Positions 12,860 through 24,614 of a stretch of 64,000 nt of DNA are shown here, piece after piece; position 1 is the first letter of the stretch, and each line of letters begins with the position of its first letter. Position numbers and translations under genes: made by a program. Under the pieces are notes generated by a model. That model worked only from the letters and a program-made list of their open reading frames with translations. It did not search any database and was not told the DNA's origin. Source of the stretch: Podarcis pityusensis (Eukaryota); assembly GCA_964106645.2 (NCBI GenBank), contig OZ067052.1; one strand, given 5' to 3'.

Positions 12860-12958
12860 TCACATGTTTGATGTATTACAGTATTTTAATATTTTTTGGG
12901 AAGCCGCCCAGAGTGGCTGGGGAAGCCCAGACAGATGGGCAGGGTATAAATAATAAAA

Positions 12959-13002
<44 letters not shown>
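12860..13002 (+). mobile_element. L2-type LINE 3' end with (TTA)n tail
   Basis: ggaagccgcccagagtggctgggg...agatgggcagggtataaataataaa followed by (TTA)n at 12959-13002. It is the reverse complement of the ends of the copies at 13550 and 49195. Confidence 0.65.
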
Positions 13003-13003
<1 letters not shown>

Positions 13004-13360
13004 CATGCTTTTAATTTTTGCATTAATTTGTAAGCATCATCTAATCTAACCACCCACCAAACCCCCTCCTTTATATGCATATTGGTATATTTTAAATATG
13101 TTTTTTCACAAAAGGAGCATTTCCAAATGGATTTGGGTGCTTTTTTTTATTTTTAGATGAGGACTGCATTGGAGGATTTGGGAAGTACAAAATCTGGTGG
13201 CTAATGCAGTCCCAATTAGCACATGAGTCTGGAAGGTGCAGAGCAGGTTGACTCATGTTGGAATTCAAATTCACAAAGATCCAATTCCTCAAGCATCCTG
13301 TTATCGACCCCATCTCACCTGCTCTTGAAGTCATAATTGATCTGTTTGAAAGCAGGTTAA

Positions 13361-13497
13361 CAGACCCTCCAAGTGTCCCTATTTTCCAGGGACATCCCTG
13401 ATTTAGAGAAGCTGTCCCAGTTTCTGATTTGATCCCAGAATGTCCCATTTTTCCTTAGGATGTCCCTATTTTCATCAGAGAAATGTTGGAGGGTATG
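13361..13497. mobile_element. Short MITE with tgtccc subterminal repeats
   Basis: TIRs cagaccctccaa and ttggagggtatg (11/12). Flanked by ggttaa at 13355-13360 and 13498-13503. Confidence 0.75.
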
Positions 13498-13549
13498 GGT
13501 TAAGGCTGCAATCCTGTGCCCAATTATCTTGACATAGGCTTTGCTGTAA

Positions 13550-13796
13550 TTCTTCTTCTTCTTCTTCTTCTTCTTCTTCTTCTTCTTCTTCTTCTTCTTC
13601 TTCTTCTTCCCTGCCCATCTGGCTGGCTTACAACATATCTAAAAACATAATAAAAGCATCAGTCCTTAAAAAACTTCCCTAATCAGGGTTACTTTCAGAT
13701 GTCTTCTAAAAATCAGATAGTTGTTTATTTCCTTGATATCTGTAGGGAGGGCGTTCCACAGGGTGGGTACCACTACCTGAAAAGGCCCTCTGCCTG
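13550..13796 (-). mobile_element. L2-type LINE 3' fragment with (GAA)n tail
   Basis: The minus strand encodes GPFQVVVPTLWNALPTDIKEI...FRRHLK, an L2 ORF2 C-terminus. (TTC)n at 13550-13609. Confidence 0.75.
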
Positions 13797-13973
13797 AAAA
13801 GACACATATAGAATTGCCTCTAAAAGGAGGTTCGCTAGATTTCTGTGGTTTGTATTTATTCAAAAACAGCTCAAATTTCTACACTGAATGTTGCTTCTTA
13901 AGCCTAGCTATGACCATTGTTGCTAGTCTTCTTGACAGCTTTTACTGGAAAGGAGGGGCACAAATGCTTGTCT

Positions 13974-14411
13974 CATAAGAACATGAGAAGAGCTTGCTGG
14001 ATCAGGCCAATGACCTATCTAGTCCAGCATCCTGTTCTCCCAGGGGCCAACCAGATGCCTGTGGGAAACCTGCAAGCAGGACCCAAGCACAAGAGCCCTT
14101 CCCATGGTTTCCAGCAACTTGGATTTGGAAGCATCCCTGCCTCCAACTGTTGAGGCAGTGCATAGTCATCCTTGCAAATAGCCACCAATAGCCCTCTCCA
14201 CCATGAATTTGTCTAATCCTCTTTTAAAGTCATCTAGGTTGGTGGCCATCACTGCCTCGCATTGAAGCAAGTTCCATAGCTTAACTATGCACTGCAGGAA
14301 GGACTTCCTTTCATCTGTCCTGAATCTTCCAACATCCAGCTTCACTGAATGTCCACAAGTTCTGCTGTTATGGGAGATGAAGAAGAACAGTTCTCTGTCC
14401 ACTTTTCCCAA
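13974..14411 (-). mobile_element. CR1 LINE 3' fragment (ORF2 end plus 3' UTR)
   Basis: ORF 14166-14411 (RTCGHSVKL..GRFRTDERK...VKLWNLL...DFKRGLDKFM) is the CR1 ORF2 C-terminus, followed by an 8-bp (ttcttatg)-type tail. Confidence 0.9.
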
Positions 14412-14456
14412 CTCACTTTTACTTAGAGTAGGCCAATGGAAATGAATGGATATAAG

Positions 14457-14837
14457 TGTTGGGATGCGTCCAGGGAGACAGGGGCAATTGGCAGGCCCCC
14501 AGATGGCTCCAGCTGGCAGCCTGTTCTCAGAACAGCATCAAAACTGCGACTCAAGCCTCAAAGACCTTTAGAGACTAAGCAGGCAAGCCAGCAGAGATAA
14601 GAACTCTTTGCAACAGCAGTAGCGGACAGAGGCATATGTAAGCATATTTACAAGCGTTTATTCAGCATCAGGACAAAGGAAAACATGTCTGCTTCCCTTC
14701 GTGTCCAAGCAAACAGCATAGGCAAAAGCTATATACAACAGAAGTTCCCAGCAGACTGTGCTGGAAGTAAACAGACATGTGACACACAACTACTCCACAC
14801 GCCTGTTCTAAAGGTGGAACGGAGCTATATCCTAACA
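14457..14837 (-). mobile_element. Solo LTR (381 bp)
   Basis: TG...CA termini with TIR tgttgggat/atcctaaca (8/9). Perfect 5-bp TSD ataag at 14452-14456 and 14838-14842. Minus-strand AATAAA near 14657. Inserted into a hairpin MITE spanning about 14420-14900. Confidence 0.85.
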
Positions 14838-15480
14838 ATAAGTTTGCCATGTCTATGGATTTCAGTGGGTCTACTCTGAGCATGACTGACATTGGACAAA
14901 ATCCACCATTTTAATATAAATAAAGAAATCTAATGTGTCATGTATCTGTGACAATGGTGGGGCATCTCTAGCCCATATATCTAATTAATAGTGCTGTGTA
15001 TGGCTGCCTTGAGGTTGCCTTCCTCTCTATCCTCCTGTCTGAGTCCCCATCTCCTGACAACCCCAGAATGCTCTAGGTAGCTCAACCTAACCTGGGGTGA
15101 CCCAGGAATCTGAATTGACCCAATTCAATTTGGGATTCAGCCTTTGGCCAAATCCAGTACACAACGCTTCTAAAAAGACCAGTTAGGTCTCTTAGGTTGC
15201 TTGCAAACATATTGTGGGCAGCTTCCCAAACCATTATTGGTGAGCCATACTCAACCTTCCCACAACCTGACACCATATATGAGGTCAGAGTCAGGAAAGT
15301 TCAAGCCACCACTACTGCAAAGGAAGAATCAGAACTGCACTTTGTGTTCCTAATTCTTCCTTTTAGAACCATGTTGCCTTCAAATAGGATAGTGACCCTC
15401 TGCAGTTCAAGCCACAGGTGCAAAGGAAGATGCAGCTTAAATTCACTCTGGGGCTGCAAAGGGTTAAGAGTACACTTAGA

Positions 15481-16078
15481 AAAGGAGGGTACGTTCCATC
15501 ATATGTGGTGGGAATGGAAGGTTATTAAAAGCTTCTGGGAAATGAGCTATAATGAGCTGAAGAAAATGTTTAAAACAACTTTTGTTAAAAAACCAGAAGC
15601 TTTCTTATTAGGATTGAAGGGAGCTGAACTACCTAAAGAACAGAAGAAAATATTTATGTATGCCACAACAGCCTCCCGAATACTGCTAGCCCAAAGATGG
15701 AAGGAAGAAAAGACACCAACGAAAGAAGAATGGCAGATCAAGCTATCCAGAAATGGCAAAATTAATAACTATGATAACGAGAAATTTAAAAAGAGTGGGA
15801 ATCATTTATTGTTTATGTGCAAATTACTGTAAACAAGGCTTTTAAATAATGATTGCAACTATAGAAAATTAGATAAAATAAAGGGAAATAATAATGGAAA
15901 AAGTTTAAGAATGGATATGCAGAAGAAATGTGTTAATATAAGGAACCAGAAGGGGGTATGGAGGGAAGTCCAGAGATTTAAAGAATCTCAAAGGGAAGGT
16001 TTGTGAAAAGGTAGTTGTTTTTATTTGTAAAAATGTAACTGTGAAAAAGTAATAAAAAATTATTTACCAAAAAAGAAG
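15481..16078 (+). mobile_element. 5'-truncated L1-clade LINE
   Basis: Encodes EGTFHHMWWEW...FWE...PEAFLLG...ASRILLAQRWK, the L1 ORF2 C-terminal region. AATAAA at 16051 and an A-rich end. Perfect 15-bp TSD aagagtacacttaga at 15466-15480 and 16079-16093, at a TT|AAGA target. Confidence 0.9.
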
Positions 16079-17133
16079 AAGAGTACACTTAGAGCATGCT
16101 CCTGATCCTTCCTTCGTAGCTGTAGATTGAAATTGCAATTAGGCGATTTCACGTGACACCAGGTGGTTGACAGGTGAGCGGCTCCACTCACCCATCAAAG
16201 TGGCCCTCTGCCATATGAAGTTTCTTACATGGCTCTTCTGGGCACAGTGCTATGCATGGATGCTTGAGGGATTCACTTCTTTTGAATTCCAATAAAAATG
16301 ACCTATCTGCATCTCCTGAACTAATGTGCATATCAGAACATAATTAACTCTCACATTTCTCTAGATTGTGCAGTGAAGTTTCCATCTAAAAAAAAAAAAA
16401 AAGTGTTTTTAAAAGTGTGTTCTTGCATAAAGTGCCTTTAGGAATGCATATTGTGAGAGAAAGCATGTTAAGGAAGGCATGTATTGAGTTGTATCTGTTT
16501 TTGAAACCAGACCACGAGATAATCTTTTGAAACAAGTGCCAGGAGCATTCCTTTATTTCTGATACACATAACAGGAGAGGCACATCTGTGCCACGGGTGC
16601 TCTGAACGTGGTACAAAGTGCAAAATATTTATACAGTAGTTAGCGCATAACAAGCACGTGAGTCACTTCCTTAAAGATACTGAAAAATTGTGAAAGTTGC
16701 AAGAATATATCAGCACGTTATTGCTTTTTAAAAAGGTTTGCTTTTTTAAAAAATCAGCTTATTTAGCAGCTTGCTTTGCAGTATGTGGCAGCCTGCAGTT
16801 AAATTTTGCACAACTTCATTCCAGTGGTAAGAGAAGAATACGAACCAAGCAAATGTCACCCTCACCCATCCTTTGTTATATACACACTTTAACAATTGAC
16901 CAAAACAAAGTTCATTTTGCATGTTTTGTTTAAAATGAGGATTAATGCAGAAATGGCATGGAATGGGCTCATGACTGAAAATGTGCAAAAGTGATGCGGA
17001 CCAGAAATAAACTGATCCACCCATCCCTTGAGCTGATCTGTGAATTGGATGGCAAGCAGAATTACTTTGCCTTCCCCAGTGTATTGCAGTGATGAAAAAA
17101 GAGAGCATGAAATAAGAACATTTGCTTGTACGA

Positions 17134-17165
<32 letters not shown>

Positions 17166-18775
17166 TGATAATTTTATCAAAACTTCTTTTGCTTCCCTTG
17201 GATTTCCAGGTTCATTACGCCTTAAGAGAGACCTCTAAATTTGTCTTGAAATATTGCTTAAGCAAAACTTAGAGGCAGCTTACTGGAAAATCCTACTCAG
17301 AAGTAAACGCCGTTGACTACAACAGGGCTTGCACTCCACACTTCCCTGGGAAATTTCACTAGTCCTGTAAAACAAAACAAAAAACAAACAAAAACAAAAC
17401 CCAAAATTGTCTGAACATTTTCAACAAGTGGGGATTCATCTTTGATGATAGCTCTGGTGCACAATGACACAGGCAACACCCTCAGTGGCCATTAGTTCTC
17501 ATGATTGCTGTGTTGAACCTCTTGGTTTGTAAGCATTGCTTGCCACTGAAGACCAGTCTCTGTAGATTCAGAAGGGCCTGTTGAATTTACACCCTGCTTA
17601 GGGGCACCCCAGAGATACCTGACTGGCTACTCTCAATATTGGTAAGTCAACAGCTGGAAAAATATAAACAAAGCTTTTAAAACAGTAGAACTTGTGTTTT
17701 GGGTTTCTTTTTTTAAAAAAAAATCCTATGCATTTAATCCTTAACTACAAAGTTTTAGCCCCTTTTCTTCTTTACTTTCTTTCTTCATTGGTTGGAGGCA
17801 ATGGAGCGTCCGACCTTCATTTGAAAAACAAACAAACAAAAACCTTCTACCCGGCCAACAAATTACAAAAACTACATCCTGGTGACTGTTTTCGAGCGGG
17901 AAGCCAGGAAGCTGCCGAGCATGGCTCCAACATCAGACACAAAGCATTAATGCACTCCTCTCTCTTTCTCTTTGGGGACTTTATATTTGTTGTTTGCCTT
18001 AATCTGACACAGAACTCGGCTAGGCAGAAATATGCATGTTCTGTGCTGCTTTTGTGTAGGAAACATCCCAGTGGTATTCTCCAATGACAGTCTAGCAAGG
18101 CAGTGTCTGAGTAGCAGTTTAATAGACTCTTGCTGCAAGATATTGTGGCGTTCTTTCATAAAGGTTGTTTGTTACCATCAGCATAGCGTTTGGACTAGGC
18201 GTGCTGAGTTATTGACTCACAGCCACTACCTTCGTGCCACTGCCACGCAATTTCTTTTGCTGCAACCTCCACCCCTTATTTTATCCATCTTGACAAAGTA
18301 GCACGGAGGCTTAATTGGGCCTCCATAAGGGATGGCGCTGCTAACACCAGTGATTTCCTGCCCCCTATCAAAAATAACCACCCCCTACATCTTCATTGTT
18401 TGGGGTAAGGGTCCTGTACTGGTACCAGGGGTGCAAATGTTATCTCTGGGTTTGTAGGGGATACAGCTGAATAACCCAGCAACCAGATGGGAAAGTTGTC
18501 ATGCAGGTAAGCCGGATGAGGATGCAGTGCTCAACAACAGTCCAGGTTTAGATATGGATGGATCCAGGACCAATATGTGACTGGTCCCAGTTCTGCACAA
18601 GTCTGGTGGAAATCGCCCCACCCCCCAATCTTGGTTCTGTGCAAATATTTTAGGAGGAATACATACAAAACCTGATAAAAAAATCCACATTTTTGAAAAG
18701 CTTTTTTTAAATGAAACATACAAGGTGGTCTGAGGGATACCCTTCTGTCTTCTATTGTTTACATTTTTAAAGTAC

Positions 18776-19004
18776 TTATTGATTTGATTTATTGCATTTA
18801 TATTGCTCCTTTTTCTCCAAGGAGCTCAGGGTGTCATGCATGGCTTCACCCCTCTTCCTTTAATCCCCAGAACAACCCTGTAAGGTGGGTTAGGTTAAGA
18901 GGCAGCGACTGGCCCTTGGTCACCCAGTGAGCTTCATGGCTGAGTAGGGATTTGAACCCTGGTCTCCCAGGTCCTAGTCCAATGCCCTTATACCACAATG
19001 GTTC
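18776..19004 (-). mobile_element. tRNA-derived CORE/MIR-like squamate SINE (Squam3-like)
   Basis: tccaaggagctca...caaccctgt.aggt.ggttagg...ggtcacccagtgagcttcatggc...ggatttgaaccctggtctcccaggtcctagtcc. Related copies at about 7315-7445 (-) and 22080-22227 (-, internally deleted). Confidence 0.8.
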
Positions 19005-19557
19005 TCAAAACACAACTCTGGTGGGACTCAACCCCAAATGAACCTTTGCATAACTCCACCCATCATTAGTCTACAAGTCCAGTGCATTGTCCAATGACTA
19101 GGTAGAACATGGGACTTCTGGTACCATTGCATGAATCAAAAACAAAGAGAAGAAAGTCCCCTTGGGAGTGACAGATCTTGAAGACATGCTGTACCTCTCA
19201 GTAAGAATTGTACATTAAACATGTGGGAGGTTGTTACATACTGTATCTTTTGCCTATTTTTTTTAAACATACAGTTTCCCCTAATAATGTCATCACACCA
19301 TCAAGAGCTATCACTCACATTGAGACTTGCTTTGTGTTCAGCATGAATGGCACCAGGAACTGGGTGTGCCAGATCAGGTATCTTCAATTTTTTCAGATCC
19401 GTTTTTTTTTTTTTTTTTTTTACCCAAACATGCATTTTGGGACTGAATTCTTAATCTTTTGCCATCCATTTTGGGTTGTGACCGACCTTCGATCAGGTCC
19501 CAATCCACTAGTGAGTCCAGACCCATCAGTTAAAGACCTGTGCTTTAAGGAAAGTTT

Positions 19558-19710
19558 CATAGCTCAGCCACAAAGTATGCATGCAGAAGGTCTCAGGTTC
19601 TATCTGTGGCATATCCACCTCCCCCCCCCCCTCCCGGATCAGATATCAGCTGATGGGAAAAATTACCCTTCCCTGTCTTGAGATCTCATAGAGCAGCTAC
19701 ACTAGGTAGT
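19558..19710 (+). mobile_element. Degenerate tRNA-derived SINE (second family)
   Basis: Head tagctcag...gcatgcagaaggtctcaggttc with A/B-box remnants. Related pieces at about 8125-8230 and 8530-8625 (+), 46675-46795 (-), 53520-53620 (+), 57280-57360 (-) and 59405-59540 (-). Confidence 0.55.
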
Positions 19711-19732
19711 CTCGTGGGGGCATCTGTAGCTA

Positions 19733-19958
19733 CAGTGGTACCTTGGGTTAAGAACTTAATTCGTTCTGGAGATCCATTCTTAACCTGAAACTGTTCTTAA
19801 CCTGAGATACCACTTTAGCTAATGGGGCCTCCCGCTGCCGCCGCATCACCACCGTGCAATTTCTGTTCTCATCCTGAAGCAAAGTTCTTAACCCAAGGTA
19901 CTATTTCTGAGTTAGTGGAGTCTGTAACCTGAAGCGTCTGTAACCTGAGGTACCACTA
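19733..19958. mobile_element. Tc1/mariner (pogo/Tigger-like) MITE, copy 1
   Basis: TIRs cagtggtaccttgggtta and taacctgaggtaccacta, TA TSD on both sides. Collinear with 25329-25543. Followed by A27 at 19965-19991. Confidence 0.9.
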
Positions 19959-19960
19959 TA

Positions 19961-19991
<31 letters not shown>

Positions 19992-20939
19992 CAGCAAGAG
20001 ATGACAGGCCCTCAAACCACCTCATGTGAGATCTACAAGGTCACTTGGGGGTTACTCTGCAATATTTACTAGGAGAAGAGAATAGATTTTAACCACTAAA
20101 GTCTGAAATATCATGATGAAGCCTGTGCCCTGAGTTGCCTATTTGTGGTCAACATAAGCAGCAGTTAGCATCATTTACTTACTTACAGTGTGATCCTAAC
20201 CATGTCTGATGTCAGCCACGTCTAACCAGATGTCAGCCCTTATAGGGTTGAATCCAACTGCACTATTCTTAGAACAGACCTACTGTATGGAATTCATTGG
20301 ACCTCAGCTAGTCGTGTCCATTACTTTCAATGGGTCTACTGTGCATAGGGTTAACACTGGATGCAGCTCAGAGAATTCAGTAGGGCTTCCTCACAGTTAA
20401 GTGGAGTTATAGGGTTGCAGACTTACTTATCTAGTAAACTTATCTATGTTAGTCTGACAACGTCTGGTGAGGGGTGTGGGGCACCAGGTTGGGGAATCCT
20501 GAGTTAGGCTGATCTGTTGACTGATGTTCTGGGGACTTCACATAAAGGAGCACATCTGCTCTCAACAGCGCAAACACTTCTTTGAAATAAGATCATCTTT
20601 GCGGCAAAGCAAATGAGATCTGTGAAAGCACCGACCCAGCTCTGGGGAAATCTGTGCTTGTGTCACTGGAGCGGCCAGCAATGGTGCTGCCATGTTTAAT
20701 CACCTCCAAGCAAGAGTAATATGGCAAGAACAGGGACCGCAAGGCAAGCGGGAGCTCCAAGCAGGGAGACTAGGACTTATATATTTATTTGCCTCCAACA
20801 CCATCCAGGAGGGGCTTCCACCTGCATTTTCCTATATGGCTTTAGAAACCTTTCATTCACCACCTGCTTGCCTTCCAAACCTCTCTTTTTATTTTATTTT
20901 ATTTTGCCCAGATACGCTGACATCTTAATAAAATATTTT

Positions 20940-21560
20940 GATATAGCTGAGCTGAGATTGCCATTGAATGTTAAATAATACCGGGTTTATATTTATTATC
21001 ACTTATTTATTAAGTCTTTGTTCCCCAGCGTAGAGGGGGAAATCTTCCCATTATACCTGTTATGTCGCAGGAAAAGGCACTTTAAATAATTCATTTGATT
21101 AATTATTCAAACATTTAATTAGCATATAATAACTGTCGTGTTAAATCCGAGCTTTGCGGGCTTGAATTAAAAGGGTAACTAACGGCAGGCTTTGCCTCTG
21201 TCATTCCAGCTTCCTTCCCATGCTGGCTGGGGCTGTCATCGCTGCTTCTCCGCACCTGATACTGATTGATGCAAACCTTTTCAAGTTTTGCATTTCAGAG
21301 ATAGGTGCAAATGGGAGCCCATTGATGGCCAGTTCATAATAATTAATTGATTATCACAGCTGACATTTCCAAAGAACCTTTTCAAGCAAAGATCGGGGAA
21401 GGGAAGAGAGATTGGTGTTAAGCACTTCTGTCATGGAACCTCACACAGAGGCCAGAACTCTGTCCCTCCCTGAAAACGAGGCCACACGAGTTACACAATT
21501 TCATAATATTTGTCGATTAAAAATGTTTTCTGTAATTTGAGTACCTGATTCTGAAGTTCC
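20940..21560. promoter_or_regulatory. Candidate intronic enhancer / conserved non-coding element
   Basis: Repeat-free with retained CpGs. Dense homeodomain sites (TGATTAATTA 21096-21105, TAATTAG, TAATAATTAATTG), TGATTGAT at 21263-21270, and CAGCTG at 21357-21362 overlapping TGACA. Confidence 0.45.
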
Positions 21561-21976
21561 CAATCAGGTACAGCTAATGAAACTGAATTTTTCAGCAGGG
21601 TTTGGCATTCCATCACAGCCATCCATCCACACAGCTTACTGGCAGGGAGAAGTGTGAGCCAGCAGTGAAGTCAGTGCAGTGCAAACATACTGTCCAGAAT
21701 TGCTGGATTGGCTCTGCCAGTGCATTTACACCCACACTGACCTTGCTGCCCCTCCCTTGCCTGTTCCTCATATGCTAGAGGGATGGTGGTGATGGAAGGT
21801 GAAAGCAAGTTGTCGCCCCCCACACCCACCCCTGCCAACTGCTATTGGTTTTGAGAGCATGAATGGATTTTTTTTTGGAGAAGGGTGAAGCAGATTACAC
21901 TGCATCTGGGCCCATATCTTCAAAGTTTCATTTGGCTCTAAGGATCATGGAGTGTTGTTTTTATTATTATTTTTAT

Positions 21977-22012
<36 letters not shown>
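21977..22012. repeat. (TAC)n microsatellite
   Basis: 12 perfect TAC units. Confidence 0.95.
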
Positions 22013-22739
22013 AAATAATAATAATACAAATACCTGTATGATAAACTTATCATTTCCCTCAGATTCAAATTATGACAATTATTTATTGTATTTCCCCCTT
22101 TATACTCCACCTTTTTTCTCCAAGGAGCTCAAGGTGGCGTACATGGTTTTCTTGCTTCTTATTTAATCCTTACAACATCCCTGTGAGGTAGGTAGCCCAG
22201 TGCTCTAACCATTACACCTCACTGGCTGACATCTCATTGTAACATCGAGCAGGAGCTCAATGGAAACAGATCCAGCCATAAACAGTCAAGAGGACAGCAG
22301 CTGTCTGTCCATTCATCTGCTCATCAGTCCACCTGGGTCAGATCCGTCCCATGGCTGGATCCACCCAGATGGTTTGGAATAAGATATGCAGACATTAGAA
22401 TGACATCACTTGGTTGTCACATGAACCAACCTTGGCAGACTTTGCTTGAGGCACCATTTCAGTTCAGATTTCTCTCACTTCTTTGCCTAGTCAATCTAAT
22501 GACATCTTTATGGTTTGATGACACCTGTTCCTTTATACTATACTCAGACAACGGCTTTATCGTTTACTTGTCTTCTTCAATGACTTACTTTGGCTAACAT
22601 GCCATTGGGACAACTCCATGCCTGGATGAAAATTCAGCCCCATTCCCTGCCTCACCCAATGCCAAAGGCCTGTTCCATTAGCTTGTGTTCAATCCTCTGT
22701 TGTCCTCTAGTGTACAGTTAGAATATTAGCTCTTGATTC

Positions 22740-22990
22740 AGAAGCCAGGAAAACGAACTCCCAGCAGCCCTTCCGGACGCGGTGTAATTCATTACCTACC
22801 TTGATTTCCACTTAAAATGTACTTTAACTACACTTCCAGCTACAAACCCTAAATCACCCCCGTGTTCACAAAAAGTCCATCATTTTTTATTTTATCGCGC
22901 AGCGTTGGCATGACATAATCCCTTCCTGAGCGTCTCGAAGTGCTTTACGGATCAATAAATTACTTACCTACGCACGTCAGAGGCAATGTA
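22740..22990. promoter_or_regulatory. Candidate CpG-retaining regulatory element
   Basis: About a dozen CpGs in 250 bp of non-repeat DNA. Contains a TAATTCATTA palindrome, ATCAATAA (Onecut-like) and CACGTCA. Confidence 0.4.
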
Positions 22991-23300
22991 TGCAAGGCCA
23001 CTGCAGTTCCTCTGCACTCAGACGGCTCACTTGGAAAGGCTGGAGTCTGCGCCAGACACCGTGGAGGGAATCCTAGAGGAGGAGGAATCTAAGAAAAGAG
23101 GGGTGGACCTTAGAGCAGGACCAGCAAAGGGATTTTTTGCTCTATCATGCAGAGGCTTCCAAAGCTATGGGTGCCCTGATCATATCAGCTCAAAGCCCCC
23201 ATTCATCTTCTGCAAAATAACTGTGAAAGCGAATACACAGTGTTTTGACACACCAGTCACCTGGTATGATGACAGTTGCAGCCATTCTTGGACCAGGACA

Positions 23301-23489
23301 ACCAATGTGGTGTAGTGGTCAGAATATTGGGCTAGGACCAGGGTTTGACTCCCCACTCAGATATGATGCTCCTTGGACCAGTCCCTGCCTCTCAGCCTAT
23401 CCTACTTCACAGGGTTCTTATGGGGGTTAAATGAGGAGGTGGAGAACCCCTGGAGAAAAAGGTGGGATATAGATGCATAAATAAATAAA
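23301..23489 (+). mobile_element. Squam3-like SINE
   Basis: A-box head tgtggtgtagtggtcaga, core cacagggtt, and (TAAA)n tail. Confidence 0.75.
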
Positions 23490-23514
23490 GCAATAAAACA
23501 ATAAACCATCTTAG

Positions 23515-23975
23515 TTAAGCACTGGTGATTTCAGAACTGGAGTACTGCAATACAATCTAAAGTGGGGTTTCCCTTGCATTTGTTCCGGAAAATGCAGTTA
23601 GTGCAGAATGCTGCAGCACGATTCCTCAAAGGAGTGACTCTCTGTCAGAACCCCCTTCTCCCGCTCAGAAATCTGTACTGGTTGCTGATTTGCTACTCAG
23701 CCAATTCCAAGGTGTTGCTATTATTATATAAAGTCCTCAGCAACTTGAGACCAGTTTGCTTGATGGATCACCTTAGCCCATTTGTGCCCACTTGACCACT
23801 TTGGTCTGCGCAACTGGCACTCTTACAAGTGCCATATAACATTTGCTTCACAGTTGCAGGGAATCGATCCTTTTAGTGTGCTGATTAATATTGGGAGGTG
23901 CCTTTGTTGGACCATTTTCAATACTTTTTTAAAAACCTGTTGTTTCTTTAGGAAGGCCTTCCCAAATGTATAAAT
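23515..23975 (+). mobile_element. L2 LINE ORF2 3' fragment
   Basis: LEYCN...GFPL..FRKMQLVQNAAARFL...LYWL...KVL..L is the typical L2 post-RT region, with stop codons. Confidence 0.85.
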
Positions 23976-24004
23976 TGTGGTTTAGAACCTGTTGGTTCTA
24001 TTTA

Positions 24005-24399
24005 CTGTACTTTTCCATGTACTGTATAATACTATGTTTTTTTCCCTTTAAAAATCATGTTAAAAAGTGGGGGTGGTCTTATACATGGGTATTGCACAGG
24101 GTGGATGTTTGATCGGTTGCTGCCGAGGCTGTCAGCGGCTATTGTGCATGTTATTGGTTGCTGTGTCAATGGGTGGTGTTGATTGGCTGACGCTCCAGCA
24201 GTTGAACGGGCGATTGGCAGCTTCTGCTGGCAATGGGACAGACAGGAGGTGGATTTTGCAGGTGAGCAAACCCCCCCCCCCCAATAATAGCTCAACAACC
24301 CTGGGCAATCCAAGCTCAACAACTCTGTGCCATCTCCCCCCATTTTCTGAAATTTGAGTCCCCCAAAATAGGGGGCGTCTTATTGATGGAAAAGTACTA
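24005..24399. mobile_element. Tc1/mariner-type MITE
   Basis: TIRs ctgtacttttccat and atggaaaagtacta, TA on both flanks, and internal ggggg(t/c)gtcttat motifs. Confidence 0.7.
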
Positions 24400-24614
24400 T
24401 ATATTTTGACATGTTTGTGATATCTACTGGTTTTTAGATTTTATCACTATTTCCTTATGAATATTTCATATTATTATATGCCAATCACTTTTTTAAAAGT
24501 AAGTGGTATGTAAATCTTGTTAGATAAAATTAAATATGAAATAGCACCACCCTGTGATTACATAGAGTTTCTTTCTACATATGAAATTGGGCATGGAAGT
24601 CTGAGATAACAAGG

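Noticed and set aside
15197-15832. 211-aa ORF, the longest in the track
   Set aside because: It is a chimera of non-coding flank and a decayed L1 ORF2 end. The junction coincides with the TSD, and it has a non-ATG start.
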